From Asterionella formosa (taxonomy: Eukaryota): a stretch of DNA of 20,000 nt. The position numbers were made by a program, and so were the translations under genes. The stretch's first letter is position 1. Each line of letters begins with the position of its first letter. The DNA lies in contig NKIB01012647.1 of assembly GCA_002256025.1 (NCBI GenBank), positions 53,775-73,774 of the forward strand. Direction: 5' to 3'. This document shows positions 9,512 through 19,683 of this stretch, piece by piece. The notes beneath the pieces were generated by a model. That model saw only the letters and a list, made by a program, of their open reading frames with translations. It had not been told where the DNA came from and made no database searches.

Positions 9512-12500
9512 CTATTTTGTTGAGTTCCGACTAGCTTGAGTTGTTTCGTAAGCGTTCGTTCGCAACCAATCCTCCTGTTGGGTAAAGAGCCGTGCGACAA
9601 TAGTATTGTAAGCAACTTCGCTTTGTTCATTTCGTTCTACACCATTTGCTTGGGGTAGAGACAAGGACCCGCCAGTTCGATGCCGAAGCGAATGGGCGAT
9701 CATAATCACTTCGTTGTTTTCCCCAATGTCATGAACCCAACCAATACCATCTTTGAGTCGCAACCACGAGATTCGTTCTCCAGGTGGCATTACACGTTCG
9801 CTGACGAGTACACTCTTGCCAGGAAGTAGAACAATGCCAACTATTTCTGCGGCAAAAGATGGACCTCTTCTGACCGCGACACCCGATTCTTTCCGAACAT
9901 TGTAACGCCAGCCTTCTCGGTGTCGTTCGATACGAGGCTGGACGGCGCACTCTTCCAAGTACAAAGTGCCATCACCATAAATCCGAACCCATTCGGCCAA
10001 ACCAATCATTTGCGACAGGGGGCAGATTTCAACTTGTTCGCGGTGCACCTGAATGTGTCGGTTGCGAAACAACTTAGCAAACGATTCGCCTGGTAAGGCA
10101 TCGCTAAAAACATCGATAACCTCGCATGCGCGTAGGAACTCGCCACACTCAAACCGGAAATCGACGCCTTCCTCTAATTTGATGGGATCTGCCCTTCGGG
10201 AGGGACCCACTCTAACCTTTATGCCATGTGGCGAGAGGACACGAAACCAAAATGATCCATACCGAAACACTGGCTTGGAAACGACCTCTGCAATAGTCTT
10301 TCCGTTGACGGATCGAGCGATCCAGCCTTGAGCACCACGTAGTCGAACGTAATCTTGAACAATCACGCATTTGTCCGATATAATGGGATTATCGTCCCAC
10401 TTTTCGACTTCGACACACATTCCACAAGCTATTACATTTTTTTTACTCGTCGTTGAGTCGTTGCTAGTGTATACCTTTTTGTAAACCGCTCGTCCCTTTT
10501 CAACTCTAAGGTTTTCTCCGCCCTTCTTCTTGCTAGGAGTTTTAAACATTGCGTCGAGGAAAGCACTACCAACCGATGAAGCAACATCGGAGTCTGGTCC
10601 AGAAAGAATGCCGTAGTTGGAACCGGGTCCGCTAATTGATGAATTGCCAGCGGAGGACGTAGGCGAATCGCCATCGTTCGATAACTCTGGTATGGGTGGG
10701 GCACACTCAACAGTAGATCCATTTCGTGAGGTCACTCGCAACCAAAGAATCGACGGATGATCGACGTTGTCACCTTGACCTGCTTTTATCACGGCGTTGC
10801 CGACTTCCTCAAATGCACGCGATGCCTCGCCTTCTCTGACGCCAAAAACTCCACCATGATAGTTCCTGTATTGAAGATCGAGTTCATCTTGTGTCGGTAC
10901 AATTGCCCACCCGCTATCATCAGATAACTTGATAAGACCTGCACCTTCACTGAAGGAGCCAGAATTCTCCATTCGCTTGGACGCCTCAAACAAAGCACCA
11001 CGGGGTAAAATGCGAGCTCGTTTCACGGGATCAAATATTGCAGGGTTTCCTATCTTCGTTTTTGACTTTGTTGTATGAGTACCTTGCCCCATTGTTTGAA
11101 AAATTGAATAGCTTCCAGTAGAGATTGTTGAGCCCGCATCTAGTCTCAAGTGTGGAGAGGAAGCAGGATACTTCGACGACTGCATTTGTCCATGAATCAA
11201 GTTGCTGACTTGAAAGTGCGGAGCGTCTAATATTCTAAGCCCTCGAGGAGCATTGACCCTTATGAGATAGCACGACGGAGTAACAGGTTTTAGTGTACGA
11301 TTGAGACTGACACCAATAAGAAGCTCTGGACTCGGTGGGTCCAACGCTACTGCTGCGGCCGAGAAAAAATGATCATCAGATAGAACAGATACATTTGACG
11401 AGGGTGTCAGGTCTTTCTCGGAGAGCGGTAGGGGCGACAATACTTTGCGAGGTGTTGTTTTTAGGCGATGGTTTTTGGCTTGCATAATGAACGGATCTTT
11501 TGGTTGAACGTGACGTGCCATTAAATGTGCCTCAACGGCATCGCTGGATAAGTCTTGCTTTCGCCTTGGCGGGCGGTGTCTCTTCCTTGCTAGTGATCCC
11601 GCAGTAGAAAATGACGACGATGTGATGGACAGTGCCGATATTGTGCTATCGTCAGTCTCTCCATTTGTCAATAGTGTAATTTCCTTCACTGCCGGGACAG
11701 CTCCAATTCGTATACTCCCCCCTAGATAAGAAACCTTCCGATCAGCGATCCAACCTCTTCTATGTGATAATCTCAGGAAAACCACATGCCTGTCATCAGA
11801 ATAAAGCCTTAAACAAACTTCATTGACAGTACCAGGAAGTAGCATAGCTTTTGTTTTCGGGGCGTCGACACACGGACCAGTCAAGATCGGAATGGGTGTA
11901 GATGCAACAATTTGATAAATAAATCTTCCGTGTTCCATACGTGGTGGTTCCTCCAGCTCTGACACAAGGGCGACGCCCTTTTTTTCAGTGAACAAAAAGC
12001 CTAAATCGCCTCCAGCCGCGGAATTCAGGTCAAAATCTGGATAAGTTCCCAAGTTCGTTCCCAGTGGCACTGGTGATGGGCTCATCAAAGGCAAATAGTG
12101 GGTGTTCGATCGCTTGGGAGTCCTGAGCGCCTCATCTTCTACCATGGAAAATGCCGCGGCATCTACAGCATATCCACCCGTAAGTACCTTATTAACACGA
12201 ATGGCTCGTTTTGTCACAGCAACATGATGCTTGGGAAGAAAGACCAGCTTTGCTGCTCCTGCACTCGATGCCGTTTTGAGTGTGTCTAACGATGAAACCG
12301 AACCCGCAGTTTGAGATAAGACTGATCGAGGTGGTGAATCTGGGTACATGTAGCTCGTTTCCGAAGTGTTGGGTGACAATGTTGAATTCGGCCTTGTTTC
12401 GGGAGCAACTGTTGCCACTGACTCTATTTCTTCGACTTCCAACTCATAATCTGAGGAAATGATTTCTCCGTAGCTGACATATGCTCCAGTCTTTTGTGAT

Positions 12501-13111
12501 CTACTGTCGGGTAGAGACACCAGCGCTACTACTCCACGATAGACCACGCGGTAAAAATGTGTTTGCGTGACTTGTTCTTCGACATGGGGCTCTAAATGTT
12601 GGGGTAGTCGCTTTGCCAAGTTCACATTGTCTGATTCGTCATCTTCTGATAGCGTTGATTTTTCTGGCGAATCTGCTTCGTCGGGCAGGAAATCATAACC
12701 AGCTGAAGTGGCGGTGGTCGCACTTGTGTTGCCACTGGCAAAACTCTTCTTTTCATCCTCTGATCCCACGGACGTTCTGACTTTGAAAGACACTGCTTCC
12801 ATCTGCTTTAATAGTAATTTCACTTCTGCATCATCACTCTCGTCTCTAGACGGGCTCTTTCCCGCTTCGTTCAATTCATATATTGAAATGACGCGACTAT
12901 CTCCATCGTTGCTGGGTGGTATTGTTGGAGAAGCAGGAGGTCCCTTCTCTCTCGGTGACTTCTTCATTAGTTTCTCCCATGCTTCGCGCCTAGTGCCCCC
13001 GTGAAAGCGACGGCGATAGGGTGATGGAGTAGTAGTCGTTGCGCAGGACGCCTGGGACTTTGGGGATGTCGGTGCGAGGTCAACGTTCTTGATACCGCTG
13101 CGCAAGGGCAT
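9512..13111 (-). CDS. Large protein (1199 aa, single ORF) with Ser/Pro-rich disordered regions and about six SH3b-like repeats
   Basis: Single 3.6-kb ORF. The repeated pattern is [YW]-x-V-x4-G-x2-[VI]-x2-P ... L-x2-G ... L-[RK]-L-x3-GW. Examples: WRYNVRKESGVAVRRGPSFAAEIVGIVLLPGKSVLVSERV...WLRLKDGIGWVHD; YQIVASTPIPILTGP...FLRLSHRRGWIAD; LIKLSDDSGWAIV; YVRLRGAQGWIAR. Confidence 0.85.
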   Translation of the reverse strand: MPLRSGIKNVDLAPTSPKSQASCATTTTPSPYRRRFHGGTRREAWEKLMKKSPREKGPPASPTIPPSNDGDSRVISIYELNEAGKSPSRDESDDAEVKLLLKQMEAVSFKVRTSVGSEDEKKSFASGNTSATTATSAGYDFLPDEADSPEKSTLSEDDESDNVNLAKRLPQHLEPHVEEQVTQTHFYRVVYRGVVALVSLPDSRSQKTGAYVSYGEIISSDYELEVEEIESVATVAPETRPNSTLSPNTSETSYMYPDSPPRSVLSQTAGSVSSLDTLKTASSAGAAKLVFLPKHHVAVTKRAIRVNKVLTGGYAVDAAAFSMVEDEALRTPKRSNTHYLPLMSPSPVPLGTNLGTYPDFDLNSAAGGDLGFLFTEKKGVALVSELEEPPRMEHGRFIYQIVASTPIPILTGPCVDAPKTKAMLLPGTVNEVCLRLYSDDRHVVFLRLSHRRGWIADRKVSYLGGSIRIGAVPAVKEITLLTNGETDDSTISALSITSSSFSTAGSLARKRHRPPRRKQDLSSDAVEAHLMARHVQPKDPFIMQAKNHRLKTTPRKVLSPLPLSEKDLTPSSNVSVLSDDHFFSAAAVALDPPSPELLIGVSLNRTLKPVTPSCYLIRVNAPRGLRILDAPHFQVSNLIHGQMQSSKYPASSPHLRLDAGSTISTGSYSIFQTMGQGTHTTKSKTKIGNPAIFDPVKRARILPRGALFEASKRMENSGSFSEGAGLIKLSDDSGWAIVPTQDELDLQYRNYHGGVFGVREGEASRAFEEVGNAVIKAGQGDNVDHPSILWLRVTSRNGSTVECAPPIPELSNDGDSPTSSAGNSSISGPGSNYGILSGPDSDVASSVGSAFLDAMFKTPSKKKGGENLRVEKGRAVYKKVYTSNDSTTSKKNVIACGMCVEVEKWDDNPIISDKCVIVQDYVRLRGAQGWIARSVNGKTIAEVVSKPVFRYGSFWFRVLSPHGIKVRVGPSRRADPIKLEEGVDFRFECGEFLRACEVIDVFSDALPGESFAKLFRNRHIQVHREQVEICPLSQMIGLAEWVRIYGDGTLYLEECAVQPRIERHREGWRYNVRKESGVAVRRGPSFAAEIVGIVLLPGKSVLVSERVMPPGERISWLRLKDGIGWVHDIGENNEVIMIAHSLRHRTGGSLSLPQANGVERNEQSEVAYNTIVARLFTQQEDWLRTNAYETTQASRNSTK

Positions 13112-13452
13112 AATGTTGCCTCAACTTTTTGCGTCTACAGGTAGTCTTTCTTTGCTTGGTGCTGTTGGAAGCTTTCATTAGCGTTTTGCTCGTAGAATAT
13201 AAAGAACGAAATGCGTGTTTCGTTGGAGTCGTTGATAATCAGTTGCAACTCGTCACCAGTCAGGAGAAACTGAGGAAGCCAAGAACCTCCTATCAACAAA
13301 GGGAAGGTCGTGAGTGATGCATGAATTGGAATTTGAATGAAAGGCTTTTTCATAAACTATTTCTACACGACACATTCGAGCACGGCCGCTTCCACTTCCC
13401 AACGGAAGCTAACGTTTTTCTTTGAACTGGATCGCTCACCACAACAGAGGGT

Positions 13453-13877
13453 GGGTACTGGTACGAGGGTACCGGTACCTGGTACTTGAGACAGTGAATG
13501 CTGAATAGAATGAGTGAAGACGACAGAATGGTGCGACGCTATTCCCAGGACAATGTAACAAATATACCAGTTCTCCAGTACAGCTCAGTGCTACGACAGC
13601 AACATACGAAAGCGCCTGCATGGCTGGCCTGAGCGCACTCGAATCTGGGGGCTGTTCAAGAATTTCCCGGACTACCGGTATATACCGGTATATAGGGTAA
13701 ATCATCCAGCATTACGAACGAACTAACATACTTCTGTACGGTCTATGTGTGCATCCAGAGTCTCTGATTTCCGGCACGACAAGACCACACACCATATTAC
13801 TTCAGGAAACAAGTTACGGTACCTGGTACGTACCTGCTCAACTGGTACTGGTACCTTGCACCATCCGGTACCGGGTA
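13453..13877. repeat. Clusters of palindromic GGTACC/TACCWGGTA/TACCGGTA micro-repeats upstream of the 1199-aa gene
   Basis: ggtactggtacgagggtaccggtacctggtac (~13454-13485), taccggtatataccggtata (~13673-13692), and ggtacctggtacgtacc...tggtactggtacc...ccggtaccgggta (~13818-13877). Confidence 0.75.
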
Positions 13878-14585
13878 GTAAGTATACGAAGTAACTTCGA
13901 CACAATTACCGTTTCGTCCGTTTCGTCTTCCTTCATCTCTAGACCGTGTAGGGTCATAAGGACTTCGTAGGAATAAAGCTAATACGAACCGTAGGATCCT
14001 AGAATAGCGAGCCAAGAATAAGGCTAAATATCGTAAATGGCTTTTTGAGTTCGTTCCAAAGAGTTGGTAGATGCTACGTATCTGTAGCTCTCACGCTGTA
14101 AAAGTTGCTAGAAAATGTTTCTAGTACACAATTAGTTTGTATTACTTTGTTTGCTAATAATTGTTTTTATAAAAGAGTGAGCTTATTGTAAATGTAAATT
14201 TGAATGTATAATTTTGAAACTTCGGAGGCGAGGTTCATTTGTGTTCCTGACTTGAACTGAGAATAAAATACTACATCCTCATCCTAAATACACATTTGTC
14301 TTAATCTTGGCCTGCTGTCTCAACTTAGGCCAGATGCTGTTTGATAGAAGACTGCTTACAGAATGATCCTGTTGATCATAGTAGCTAGATCATATCTAGT
14401 TTGCTTTTTTAATGTTCCTTGATTTTGCGGACATATCTGCAATTGTCTAGTTAATCATTTATTGATTTGGCCTCTAGGTCTGATTGTCTTCTAGAGTCCA
14501 ATTAATAGGTTAGAGAGAACTTCTCCTGAAAGTTCCTCTCTCAACTGTAAAATTTTACACGCAATATTTAACCATGTGTCCTTCG

Positions 14586-17097
14586 TCTGCAAATAAAAAC
14601 TATCATATTTCCATGATGCATCATAGGATTGTGATCATCTGAACATAATTTTTCGTTATATCATCTAATAATTTTGATAAATGCCTTTGTTGTTTAAATA
14701 GTAACCCTTTTGACTATGGAAATTTAATTATTATATGTATTGCTTCTTTTAGGTTCTTTTATATTTCTTGGTAGGATAATGTACCAGTGAAAGTAGTGTG
14801 GTTTGGCTCATCATCCTCTCCGGTCCTCGCTCTGATTCTTGCAACAACGACAAAGCAGCCATGTCGAGAGGAACGAATGTTTGTGATAAAATCTTCATTT
14901 GTCGTTCAAGTCATCATATGTCTTCGATGAATCATCATCTGCATTGCACAGTTTGTTCTTACTATGCAATCCGCTAAGAGCTTGAAAAGAAATCCAATGA
15001 AAACGAAATGGCTCATCACACAAGATGAATATTTCCGATCGGTCTGTCACCAGAGCATCAATCAGTGTTACAACCTCAATCATAGCTAGTAAACAACATC
15101 CATTATAGAACAGCACAATCTACTTCTCCGTTACATCGTCTCTCTAACAAGAATGTAATACATCTAGAATTGAAACGCAGCAGCATGGCAGGCGATATGC
15201 ACAAAGAAGCATGAGACTATGCCATCTATTTTTAGTAACAGAGTGATTCTGATTTCGTAATTTTCATGTCGCATTAGATTTTCTTTGTCATCGTACTAGT
15301 TCCTTACCTTTGAAGACAGGAGCGTATTCTTTGATGTATCTGGAATATTTCAATGGATGGCAGCAGTTGGATTTAGACACAAACCTCGACAAAAGCACTA
15401 GTACCTTGTAGATGTTCATGAAAAACGAGACACTTTGCTTGGCCTTTCGCCCACCAGCCAGTCTATACTGCAAAAATGCAAGAAGCAAGCACAAGTTGAA
15501 TGCCCATTTATGGATTCAAGTTTCAGTAGTGCAACAATGTAAAATATTAGAAACTGGAAGTCACATTTCATCTAATTACGATTTTCATTAGCTATACTAG
15601 TATTGATTGAGAGGAAGCAATGGTAGAATGGCTGCCAAACGGGCGGGGGCAAACACAGAGAATCCTACCAGCCCCTTCTTGAACGTCACTTGCTACAGAA
15701 AATGTAGAACAGCCGCCATGATCTGTTGATTGTTGCTTTATGGTGCCACTGACCGAGACCTCCAGAAATCTCAATGAGTTGCTTGTTTCTTGACTTGAAT
15801 TCAAAAGGGATCGAAACCAGTGGAAAAATCAAAAGGGAACTAAAAATGCTCTGCAAACATCATCAGGACAATTGTGAAAGAGAAATGAAGGTTCTTGGGA
15901 GGAGAAGTAAAGGGATAATTGCTTCTGCTGGTCTTGCGGGAACAAGAATAGATTGACCCAAACAATGTTGACAAATTGGTACCTACGGGAAAAGGAAGCA
16001 ATGCTTTCAGCATCATCAATCTATACACAAGCTTGCGCCACCTGATGTCGTCAGTATAGCTACCTCGACTTCATCAATGAAGAAGTCAATGGGTGGAGCA
16101 TGTGAGGAAAATCGGGGTTGAGGTTTTCTTGACGCCAACGTGGATCTGCTTGGCTGAACTCCTTGCAGATGAAGGCATTGAGTAACCTGGGCCTGTGAAG
16201 CCGAAGGATAAAGAAAAATCTACGACAAGGGTAGTGAGATAGTGTTTAGGAGGGGGGAGCAAGAGATATCATAGCTGAACGCATTCGAAACTTGTATTGA
16301 CGATAAATGGTGACATGCCATGGCTGCTCTTGGCTGACAGCTGCCAGGTCAAGTACAAACACAACGAGCGAGGGTGCACAAAAGACAGTCCAATTTTAAT
16401 CGACTGGCTGATGATACTTAGTTGTGAGACTCACCATTCTGCAATGGGGTGGACTTTGATCATTGCTTCGTTCAAAGCACAATCAATTCGAATGCTGTCC
16501 AGTGAAACAGCCAATGAAAACAATTGTGGCGAAAAAGCGCAGAACAGATCAAGAGCAAGATTTCATAGGAATTAAAATAACAGGGCATACTATATGATGC
16601 ACTGCTCCTTGTGTAGACTAGCTATATTTGATGATTTCCATATTTCATACTATACAGGTGCATGGATGACTCCTTCCGCCCTTTCATTAGATTTGCAACC
16701 ATGTTGTGATAATTCTACAGGGCCTATAGGATTGGTAGTCTGGTGGTCATCATTTCCGCATTGTATATACCAGTAGGAGTCATGTATGCATGCATGCTGC
16801 GATAATTCTTACAAGACATAAAAATTTGGTAGCTTGGGGGTTATCACTTCCGTACTGTATACAGGGGGAGGGGGAAGGGGTTGCATGCATGAGCAACTAC
16901 TCCGGTATAAACTATGACCTTGCTAACTATGATAGTCTCATCATACTTCAAGCTCGGTAAAAGTTTACTGCATGATCATAATTATATGATACATTGATCA
17001 TATTTTTGATCGAAAAACTATCATATATGTAAACATTCCGTGCCACTTAGCGTACGATACCCTTGATCCTATATTCATGATAGTTTTTATTTACAGA
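14586..17097. mobile_element. Candidate non-autonomous or decayed TIR DNA transposon (~2.5 kb)
   Basis: 14586-14606 tctgcaaataaaaactatcat matches the reverse complement of 17077-17097 at 20/21. Both ends carry dense TATCAT/ATGATCAT-type subterminal motifs. The right end continues ...gttgcc|tta, which resembles a PIF/Harbinger end, but the left outer bases do not match. No intact ORF inside. Confidence 0.5.
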
Positions 17098-17384
17098 TGT
17101 TGCCTTAGCTGCTGACTCTTGGTCTGGTTGTTCGATTCAAATCTAAAAGCTAGAACTTAATAGTCAGCTTCGACTGCTTCCATTCAAATGCGAGATTATT
17201 TGTTGTACTGGGCTTGCATCATGGCAAGGCCCCATCACGTCCATCCTTTTCTCTTATAAAAATTATGCATGTGGAGTATACATAAACGTGTAGAAAAACT
17301 CCTTGCGGTGGTGCTCCCTCTGTTCAACTTCCAGCATGTACCGGTCTACTGATATGCCGGTATTTGCAACCAAACTTTAGGTCA

Positions 17385-17420
17385 CTGTCTCTCATGAAGC
17401 GCAAGCTTCATGAGAGCCAG
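17385..17420. other. Stem-loop: perfect 12-bp stem with a GCAA tetraloop
   Basis: ctctcatgaagc (17389-17400), GCAA, gcttcatgagag (17405-17416). Three more pairs (ctg/cag) form after one mismatch. Confidence 0.7.
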
Positions 17421-17510
17421 GAGCTAACAGCCCTTCCTACTAGCTATGTTAAGATTATTCCAAACTGAAATGTGTACATAACGTACGTTCTAAGTAGTCT
17501 AGAATTAGGT

Positions 17511-18284
17511 CAACCTGAGCTCGATTTTTGGGCGTTTTTCATTGAAGCTAAAACTCTGCGTAAACATGCGATTCTGCGAAAAATATTCATGGGCAAAGTT
17601 GATCGAGCGAATCAGAACTGCTACTAGGGCAGTATACAAGGTGAAAAGAATGCATACCTCGCATATTTCAATGAACTACAGGTAGAACTAGAAAAATGGA
17701 ATAATGCAGCCAGCTTTGATTTTCATAATACCAATTTGGTGGCTTCCAGTAACGAGAAACTTCAATACCTGAAGGCACTGCCAGTCGACGAGATTCAAGA
17801 CTCTATTTCTTCCCTTGAGACAGCAGACAAATCCCCTAGTATCGAAAACATGGAACGAAGCGGCCTCTACAAAGTTGATGACAAAAGAAATACTGAGGAC
17901 TGTATTAACACAAGGCTTCATTCCAAAGGGACAAATGTACAACAAGCAAGCCAGAAATGAAATGAGATTCCAAGTGATGTAAGGAGGCAATGGAGAATCT
18001 CTGATGTTGAGGCGCCAAATAAGCTTCCAGGAGGCTTCAAGTTTGAAGCAAGACTTGATGATGATCTCTTTATTGCGTCAGGAACTCGCTCGTGGTGGTG
18101 TCAAGACGGGAGATATTTGCAACAAGAATGCGAGATATCTATGGAAGCAATGACGATGCAGAGGATCGAACTCTTGTGTACAAGGACATGGATGCCCCCC
18201 CCCCCAGCCAAGGTGGAGACTGCACACACTGTTCATAATGCGCCAGGAAGGTTGACAATAGCTAGCAGAGTCGTCATGTTATAA
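17511..18284 (+). pseudogene. Pseudogene-like reading frame of about 258 codons with two in-frame stops; product unrecognised
   Basis: One frame reads QPELDFWAFFIEAKTLRKHAILRKIFMGKVDRANQNCY*(17625)GSIQGEKNAYLAYFNELQVELEKW...QASQK*(17958)NEIPSDVRRQWRISDVEAPNKLPGGFKFEARLDDD...TAA(18282). Confidence 0.4.
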
Positions 18285-19207
18285 TTTATTATCATCATAT
18301 AAAATATTAAAGTTAATGAAAATTTTATTAATAAAATATGTAATAATAATTACAATAATAATACTTATAGAAGTATTGACTACCAGGTAATATATCATTA
18401 GTATTTCATGATTATATAATGTTTCTGCCGTTCTGATTGGTGGAGACAAATTGTTCAAGAAAATAATACAAAGATTGGGTCAATATGATCTGGGATGAAG
18501 CCCGAAATATTTGAGCAAATGATGATTATTTTTTGTAATCAGGGGGGGGGCGAGTTATTTTGCCCCTAAGGGACGAAAATACGAAGAAAAAAGCCCAACA
18601 GCTATCCAGGGGACTCAATCTTCGTAATTTGGGCATGGTAAGGAGGGGGCCCTTTTTATTATGCACATGGACGAGTTTCTTAGCCTCAAAGGCGCGACTG
18701 GATTTTTAGCCTGCCTTTAAGCTTTGTTCTCTCCCTTACTCAGATGTAGCTTTTGTCTACTATTATTAGCAGGCAATTTTTACTAGTCTAGTACAAATGG
18801 CTGTACTGCTCTGTACTTTTGTCCTGCGTGTACAAACACCAAGCATGAGGATTGAAGACAATACATTTGAATTCCCATGAATTCATTACTGAAGGTAAGA
18901 CACAACTGAGAGTGGAGAATGCCTGCAAGTATTCTTGTGTTCGAGGCTTGGAAGGTGTCAGTAGTTTGACCAAACAAGTGGCACCCCTGGCGTTGCGTTC
19001 ACGCCAGCAACATGACATTCAATGTACTACCATACTTCAATGCCACACCACACCCAACACAATTGACAAGGCAGTTTTATTGTCATTGGCCATACTTTAA
19101 TTTCTTCTGAGTGAACCCTCATCACTGCACACAATCAAATTTTCCACCATGACATCTAAGACGCCGTTTACCGCACTTTTTCGAATTTATGTCTAAAGTG
19201 ACGTATT

Positions 19208-19291
19208 TATGCTACTTTTTTAAAATACTATGTTACTTTTCTAAAATATTATGTTACTTTTTTGAAATATTATGCTACTTTTTCCCTAATT
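19208..19291. repeat. 21-bp minisatellite, 4 copies (consensus TATGYTACTTTTYYDAAATAT)
   Basis: Units at 19208 tatgctacttttttaaaatac, 19229 tatgttacttttctaaaatat, 19250 tatgttacttttttgaaatat and 19271 tatgctactttttccctaatt (last copy degenerate). Confidence 0.85.
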
Positions 19292-19683
19292 TATTCGGGT
19301 TAAACAAAAATTTATTTCGCTTATCGAATAATTATGTGATCACACCAATAATTATGTGTGTTCGTGACAATATATGTTGACTAACTAGCCATCGCAACAG
19401 TATAAAAGCTAAATTATGCTGCTTTCACCATATAATGAACGAAAGAGTCGCCAATTCCGATACACTTATTATTTTTTCCGCTCCGACATATTTCTTTGAT
19501 CTGAACTGGCAAAGAATAACACATGCAATAGGAAGATTCACACTGTAGCATTCAGCACACGTAGTAGTAGTAGTAGTTGATGTTGTAGACACCTTGTTTA
19601 GTCATTGTTGATTGTAGAGATTACAATAGCCTGCCAGATTAGAAATAAAGCACCGTTGGTACTCGTTGAGCATCGTTTAGCAT

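Noticed and set aside
9729..13004. Short overlapping or antisense ORFs inside the 1199-aa gene (and similarly inside the two left-hand genes)
   Set aside because: These are shadow ORFs of long coding sequences and show no independent motifs.
3000..13970. Small ORFs with YQVPGT/GTRYLVP-like peptides (3000-3290, 5468-5704, 13436-13970)
   Set aside because: They are by-products of the GGTACC/TACCAGGTA palindromic arrays, appear on both strands and have no other coding support.
19189..19380. ORF with LCYFFKI repeats
   Set aside because: It is the translation of the 21-bp AT-rich minisatellite.
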